DNA from: Nannocystales bacterium
GTDB lineage: Bacteria > Myxococcota_A > Polyangia > Nannocystales > Nannocystaceae
Length of the DNA stretch: 21,900 bases
Assembly: GCA_050633305.1 (NCBI GenBank)
Contig: JBOEGF010000074.1
Location: 1 to 21,900 of the forward strand
Direction of reading: 5' to 3'
Part shown: piece after piece, positions 16,990 through 21,900 of the stretch
How positions within the stretch are numbered: the stretch's first letter is position 1
Layout: the number at the start of each line of letters is the position of its first letter
Translations under genes and position numbers: made by a program
Notes under the pieces: model-generated
Databases searched by the model: none
The model's input: only the letters and a program-made list of their open reading frames with translations
What the model was told of the DNA's origin: nothing

Positions 16990-17445
16990 CGTGCGTTCGC
17001 CTCCGTCGATCTGTTCGTCGAGAACGAACCGGTCACGTCCGGGAACTACACACTGACGACCAAACTGGGGAACCATCCCGACGCGCTCGACGCTCGACGG
17101 AAGCCAAGCCCACGCCGAAAGCTTCGTGCTTCCGTTCCCTGCGACGAATCTCTTTGAGCAAGTGACTCTGCCGCCGAGGCGCACGCACAAGACAAGCCCA
17201 ACGCTCCTCCTGCAACCCGACAGCCCCGAGCCGTTAACGGCGATCCGGCGATCCGATCACGCTCAAGTCCAAGCCCGACCCCGTCTCAGCCGATGCGGTC
17301 CGGGTCACGTTACGCCTGGAGGACGGGCCATCTGTCCCCTACAGCATCCAATTACCCCACGCAGGGCGGAGGACGAAGCCAAGGGCGAAGAGGCCGGGTC
17401 CGTTCAACAGGGACCCTGCGTGCCCGCTCCACATGCCCGGATCTC
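16990..17445 (+). pseudogene. Frameshifted paralogous copy of the 3' part (about 15939-16395) of the upstream hypothetical gene
   Basis: RAFASVDLFVENEPVTSGNYTLTTKLG vs RAFVSVELFVEDEPVSAGNYTLTTKLG; FEQVTLPPR identical; DAVRVTLRLEDG identical; STGTLRARS shared. The matches are spread over different frames and there is no start. Confidence 0.9.
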
Positions 17446-17490
17446 TCTGATACGGAACGCCCCCGGTCTATCTCATACCTGATGGCCACT

Positions 17491-18978
17491 TTAGAGACTG
17501 ATACGAGCGAGCCAAGCCGGGCCCTGGAGGATCACCTCGTTGCCGACTAGAACCGCATCCGCGTCCGAGAGCCCGTAGATATAGGCGCCCTCTGCACTCG
17601 CGTCGCAACCGTAGACCAACACCCCCGCGCCGGGATCCGGCGAAGCCTCCCAGACCACGTCGAGCATTTCGTCGATGTGAGCGACCCACGCGACCGTGCC
17701 TTGCTCCTCGACCCATTCGTAGCCACAGAGCACCGCGCCGCCCGCTGGTGTCTCGACAACAGCCGCAATCCGTCCGTCGGCTCCTCCGGTTTCAGGAACA
17801 AAGTGCCGCTCGACCTCGACCTCGCCGTCCGGCCCGAGTACCGCGATCCGGAACCCGTCTTCGCCATCCCGCACGGTCGCAGCCAAGAAGCGACCTGAAG
17901 CCTCGGCCTCCTCGAAGCCAAGCCCCGGAGCCACCTCCCACGCGGGCTCACCGTCGGTGGTGAGCTGTGCGAGGCAGGTAGATGGCTCACTGCAGTCCGG
18001 CCGCCCCGACAACGAGACAAGTGCCCCGCTGGGGTGTCCGCCAACGGCGGTCACAGGAGCAGCGAAATCGTGGCGAGAGCTTAGTTCACTCCCGGCGGAT
18101 GAGAAAGCCGCCACCGTTGTCGGGTTCGTGGTCGCCCAAATACGGTCTGTCGTGTGGAGGAACGGCGCGTCAGAGCCTGTGGCAGCAGCACCAAGGACCC
18201 AATCCTCGGTCGGGGACCCATCATCGACGCTGAACGTCGCAGCCCTCCACAGCGGGCCGTTATCGTATCCGACCACCAGCGCATCAGGAAGAGCGTGGGG
18301 TCCGTCAACGAGAGGGAACTCGGTCTGAACGCTCCAGGCCAAGGCCATCTCCTCGGTGACGACGTAGATCTCCCCAACAAGGTCTTCCCCGGGACCCGCA
18401 GCGAAGACGCGGCCGTCACGGACAGTGACGCCGCCCGCTCGAGTCGCACCAGCGGGTACGCTGGCGCGAAAAATGTTCTCCAGCAATGCCGTGATGTCGC
18501 CGCCACCGATGTTGACCGCAACAGTCAGATCATCCTCGGCCTCGTCCTCGCCAGCCACTGCCACTGCAGAGAGCTTCCGGTCACCGTTGTGCTGACTCGC
18601 GAACGGTAGCGCCACCTCGAACGGTGGCTCGCTGAGTTCCGCGATCAAGTCGGGCCCCTCGTAGAACGCGACCCGGTCCGCTCCCTCGGCATCAACCGAA
18701 AGCACCATGGTCTCGTGTTCAAGGACCGTGGCCGGCTCCGCGAATCCATCCAGGGTGAGCGTGATCTCCAACGCCCCGGGCTCGCCCGTGACTGCGGTCG
18801 TCTCCTCGACTCCAGTCGAGGACGCACCGCTACTGTCGGCTGTCTCACCGTCTGTGGCGGGACCCCCCGAGCCCGACGAGGAGCTCGACGATTCCATGTC
18901 CATCGAGTCTTCGCTCGACGGCACGCTTGGAGCGAAGCAGGCACAGAGCATCAACGGAGCGACCCAGAAGCGACGCAT
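17491..18978 (-). CDS. Lipoprotein with Ser/Thr linker, bacterial Ig-like domain and probable beta-propeller
   Basis: MRRFWVAPLMLCA-C lipobox; Ig-like RVAFYEG..LI.E...PPFE...NG.RKLSAVA; repeated G...W strands (DGEPAWEV, LDVVWE). Start ATG 18978; the track starts it at 19014. Confidence 0.8.
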   Translation of the reverse strand: MRRFWVAPLMLCACFAPSVPSSEDSMDMESSSSSSGSGGPATDGETADSSGASSTGVEETTAVTGEPGALEITLTLDGFAEPATVLEHETMVLSVDAEGADRVAFYEGPDLIAELSEPPFEVALPFASQHNGDRKLSAVAVAGEDEAEDDLTVAVNIGGGDITALLENIFRASVPAGATRAGGVTVRDGRVFAAGPGEDLVGEIYVVTEEMALAWSVQTEFPLVDGPHALPDALVVGYDNGPLWRAATFSVDDGSPTEDWVLGAAATGSDAPFLHTTDRIWATTNPTTVAAFSSAGSELSSRHDFAAPVTAVGGHPSGALVSLSGRPDCSEPSTCLAQLTTDGEPAWEVAPGLGFEEAEASGRFLAATVRDGEDGFRIAVLGPDGEVEVERHFVPETGGADGRIAAVVETPAGGAVLCGYEWVEEQGTVAWVAHIDEMLDVVWEASPDPGAGVLVYGCDASAEGAYIYGLSDADAVLVGNEVILQGPAWLARISL

Positions 18979-19153
18979 AGCGGCGACGCTCCCACGACCC
19001 CAGCTGAACCGCAAGCACCCGAGCCATCAGGAGACAGCACGCGACGGTACCGGCTAGGTCCAACGGCCGGCCATGTGACGAAGCCATCAACCGGCCACCA
19101 GCCCCTCTTGCTCGCGGTCGGGTAATTCGGATCAACGGGGGCCTCATAAGGGC

Positions 19154-19232
19154 TTCCTGACGCGGCACGCCAAGACCGACGTCCTCCTCCTCGACGACTG
19201 GGGGGGGCTCGCCGAGGTCGGCGCCAGCGAGC
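19154..19232 (+). mobile_element. istB: Remnant of IS21-family IstB ATPase (Walker B region)
   Basis: Translates as FLTRHAKTDVLLLDDWGGLAEVGASE, matching the IstB pattern L.RLAK.DLLILDDWGL. No start or flanking ORF. Confidence 0.65.
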
Positions 19233-19273
19233 TAGGCTATCGACGGCCGCGACGAACTTCGGGACATGCCCGG

Positions 19274-19900
19274 CTACGGAGTAGACCGCGGAGACAGCCT
19301 TGAGCCAGTCTTCGCTGTCCCATGAATCGCCGTTTTTGTCGTTCTGTCGGGGCGAATCTCACCGAACGCCGCCAGCATGCCCGAGAGGTCGAGAGCGAAG
19401 CTGATGGTGGACATCGCCGCCGTCAGCCCTTGAGTGGATGCCGTGATCTTCGTCTGGAGCTTGTTCGCCGTCTCGGTGATCTGCTTCTTGGCTTCGCGCT
19501 TGAGCGCGTCTTCAAACGCCATCTTCTTGCCGGAGTTTTCCCCGGAGGCCTGCGCCAGGTTTTCGGCGAGCCAGCTCTTTTCCCGCCACGCCAAACCCGA
19601 TCCTGATCAAACATCCCCGCCGACGCCGTCCCCTCGGAAGGGGTGGAGGCCGCAACCGCTATGAGTGCGTAGTTCGAGAGCGTTCCGACGATCGAGGCCG
19701 GGCTGCCCACCCACTTCACCATCTGTGCTCGGCCGTTCTTGTACGCGTCGGTGCGAGGCGCCATGGTCGCAAGCGCAGGGAAGCTCGCCTTCTTGTCGAG
19801 CTTCTTCAAGGTGGCGATGTCGAAGCTGTTCGCGGCTTCGGCCAGCGTCTTCTTCACGCCATCGAGGCCACCGACGTCGATCGGGTCGCGGACGAATTCT
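19274..19900 (-). pseudogene. Frameshifted fragment of an unknown helical Lys/Ala-rich protein
   Basis: Protein-like, GC3-rich frame EFVRDPIDVGGLDGVKKTLAEAANSF...AGMF continues after a shift near 19600 into WREKSWLAENL...ITETANKLQTKITASTQGLTAAMSTISFALDL. Confidence 0.55.
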
Positions 19901-19934
19901 GACCGCGATTTCCACGCTGCGCCGCCGCGGGAGC

Positions 19935-20309
19935 TCAGGCTTGGCGAGCCTCAAGCCATGCCTTGAGTGCCCGCTCAAGAACATAGGACGCCGTTCGCTC
20001 CTCCGTCTCAAGGTACGCTTCGAAGCGTTTCCCAAGTTCGAAGGACACAAAGCCTGTCACACGGCGAACGACGCGACCACTCGATTGCAAGCGATGACTT
20101 CGGGGAAGCTTCCCGAGCTGAGGCTCCTCTGCACTCGGTCTAGGCGCGACCTGAAACGGCTTGGACCTGGCTCGCGTCGGTTTTGCCGGCGCTGCCACTG
20201 CGGGTGCCGGTGTCGCTTCTGGTGAGGCCTCTGCCGGGTCGTTGAGAAACGCTTCCTGCTCAGGAGTCAGGCTGAGGGAAGGTTTCTTCTTCGCTGAACT
20301 ACGCGACAT
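19935..20309 (-). CDS. Ribbon-helix-helix (ParG/CopG-like) partner of ParA
   Basis: Disordered Pro/Ala-rich N-terminus, then RRVTGFVSFELGKRFEAYLETEERTASYVLERALKAWL (strand-helix-helix). Overlaps the parA end and has a GGAGG Shine-Dalgarno. Confidence 0.75.
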   Translation of the reverse strand: MSRSSAKKKPSLSLTPEQEAFLNDPAEASPEATPAPAVAAPAKPTRARSKPFQVAPRPSAEEPQLGKLPRSHRLQSSGRVVRRVTGFVSFELGKRFEAYLETEERTASYVLERALKAWLEARQA

Positions 20310-20985
20310 TGCTCGCCTCCATTTTCAGACCGCTCACGAGTTCGGTGACCAAGGCCTCGATCTCAAGCGCCGCCTTGCCGGTAGCGTTGTAGTCGTGAAG
20401 CCCCTCTCCCATCGAAAGTGCGGCAGGGAAGTCAACACGGTCATGGATAACCTGCGAAAGAGGCTCCACCCCGGCCAACTCAAGTTGCTCCACGACCTCG
20501 CGTGCAAACTTCCGACGAGCGTCAGCTCGGTTAACGATCGTTGCGACAAAAAGCTCCGGCCGGATGCCGGATGCACGCCGTAGAGTTCGAAGCGTGTCCG
20601 CATTGCCCCACAGATCAGCGGGACTGGGCTGAACGGGAACGAGCACAGCATCCACGAGCATCGCCAAGGTCTTGACGAGACTCGTTGTGTGGCCTTCGAC
20701 GCTGAGCCCTCCGACCTCTCGCCCAGGACAATCGAAAACGACGACGTCGTATCCTGAGAGACTCGAGAGGACCTCTGTGATTTGCTCGGGGTGAACGCCG
20801 AGCACAGAGGGACAGGGATGGCCGTTGGAGCGGGCGGCCTTTTCGAAGTCCCTCGCCGTTCCTTGCGGGTCGAGATCCAAGAGCACGACTCGGTGCCCAC
20901 GCCGGCTGAACTCGCATGCCGTGAAGACGGAGAGCGAGGATTTCCCGCTTCCGCCCTTCTGGCCGCAGAACGCAATTCGTCGCAT
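20299..20985 (-). CDS. parA: ParA family partition ATPase (short, type Ib/ParF-like)
   Basis: Deviant Walker A QKGGSGKSS, LLDLDPQG, YDVVVFDCPG, VLVPVQPSPADLW and IVNR. Start ATG 20985 gives 228 aa with no N-terminal HTH. Confidence 0.95.
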   Translation of the reverse strand: MRRIAFCGQKGGSGKSSLSVFTACEFSRRGHRVVLLDLDPQGTARDFEKAARSNGHPCPSVLGVHPEQITEVLSSLSGYDVVVFDCPGREVGGLSVEGHTTSLVKTLAMLVDAVLVPVQPSPADLWGNADTLRTLRRASGIRPELFVATIVNRADARRKFAREVVEQLELAGVEPLSQVIHDRVDFPAALSMGEGLHDYNATGKAALEIEALVTELVSGLKMEASNVA

Positions 20986-21003
20986 GCAATGGGTTCTAGG
21001 CGG

Positions 21004-21120
21004 ACTTGGTCGAGGCACAAAAAAACCGGAGGATTTCGAGGAAGAGACGCTCTTCCGCTTCCTACTGTACGGCTGCCCATGTGTGCTTGAGTTAACTTGG
21101 GTCGACCGAGGTCGACCTGG
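21004..21120. repeat. Degenerate repeats upstream of parA (candidate centromere/operator)
   Basis: Tandem 10-mers GTGTGCTTGA GTTAACTTGG GTCGACCGAG GTCGACCTGG (21081-21120), plus ACTTGGTCGA at 21004-21013. Confidence 0.4.
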
Positions 21121-21283
21121 CATCGAGCGGCTTCGTTCAGCTACTCTGGTTTCGCCTGATCTCAAAAGCGGAAGTCTTGGTTGGTCCAACTGCATGAGCC
21201 GCTAAGGCCTCGGAGGTAAAACGGGCGGAACTCGACTCAATCCCGAGTAAATCAACCCGAGGCTTGGGAAGAGCCGGTGAGCC

Positions 21284-21900
21284 TCATTGGCTCTTCCCAA
21301 GGATGGCGGCATGTGCTTGAGCAATGCGTTGCTGAAAGAGAGCCGCGTCGATGTCGTCGGGAACCCTTGCGCCACGGGCCTTCCGGCGCCGCCAAACGTC
21401 GAGCTTGGCAGGATCGAGTCTTGCACCGCCGTCTAAAGCCCGCGCTCGGTCGCGAAGGAAATCTGCAGATAGGGCAGGGGAGTCACTGCCGCTTGTTTTT
21501 GGGAGCAGAGGCGAAGCCGAAGCTAGGGTTTCGTCGCGTTGCGAGACCTTCGAGCTGGGGGGAGAAGGGGGTCTCCCCCTTCGGACCCTTAGTCCCCCTT
21601 CCCCCGAAGGGGGGGGGACGGGGTTGTCGGCATTTTGTGCCGGGCAGTTTAACCTCGCCTTTTCGGGAGGGCTTTCAGGCACAGCCGGCCTCTGGGGACG
21701 ACGGGTCTTCTGGGGCTGCGTCCGGGCTCCCTTGTCCTCACCACGGCTGCGGTCTACTGCTCGCTCCCCGAGGTCCCGCCGGGCGTACCGGGCTGACTGG
21801 CGGCCCTGTGCCGCTCGCCGCCTCGCCCCGCTCCGGGTGTATCCCGCGCGTCGGGGAATGCGGTACCCGCGCTCAGCGCGGCGCATGCACGTCAGCGGCA
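21284..21900 (-). CDS. Partial hypothetical protein, possibly the C-terminal part of a wHTH replication initiator
   Basis: Frame is open to the window edge. MRRAERGYRIPRRAGY weakly resembles a wHTH recognition helix and wing, followed by a long low-complexity basic tail. Lies directly upstream of parA on the same strand. Confidence 0.35.
   Translation of the reverse strand, partial: PLTCMRRAERGYRIPRRAGYTRSGARRRAAQGRQSARYARRDLGERAVDRSRGEDKGARTQPQKTRRPQRPAVPESPPEKARLNCPAQNADNPVPPPSGEGGLRVRRGRPPSPPSSKVSQRDETLASASPLLPKTSGSDSPALSADFLRDRARALDGGARLDPAKLDVWRRRKARGARVPDDIDAALFQQRIAQAHAAILGKSQ

Noticed and set aside
20986..21195. 70-aa N-terminal extension of ParA in the ORF track
   Set aside because: Low-complexity and not HTH-like. 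The ParA fold begins at MRRIAF (20985) and the region holds promoter-like and repeat elements.
21545..21620. G/C-run hairpins (for example CCCCCGAAGGGGG) as an origin or structured RNA
   Set aside because: They lie inside a low-complexity Pro/Gly-coding stretch, with no iterons or AT-rich unwinding region to support an origin.

Overview
GC-rich bacterial DNA. The Cys-rich and Ser/Thr-linker lipoproteins suggest a myxobacterium such as Nannocystaceae (inference, not verified). There are no housekeeping genes, and the window reads like an accessory island or plasmid-like element. Left to right it holds: a divergent CsrA-like gene, a Cys-rich lipoprotein, a serine resolvase with candidate res-type sites, an Rpn/YhgA nuclease, a HEPN-like gene with small coupled ORFs, and a Schlafen/AlbA_2 protein. 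Next is an 8.2-kb SpvB/TcB-TcC(Rhs) fusion toxin with an OmpA-like peptidoglycan-binding domain inserted in its shell, an AHH-like nuclease tip and a coupled DUF4303-like immunity gene. After it come a divergent unknown gene with a decayed paralogous copy, an Ig/beta-propeller lipoprotein, an IstB remnant, a frameshifted fragment, a type Ib parA plus RHH partition pair, and a possible rep gene cut by the window edge. The best candidate for an undescribed system is the OmpA-containing Tc-BC/Rhs toxin with its immunity gene and divergent partner. All family calls come from motifs recognised by eye; no database search was run.
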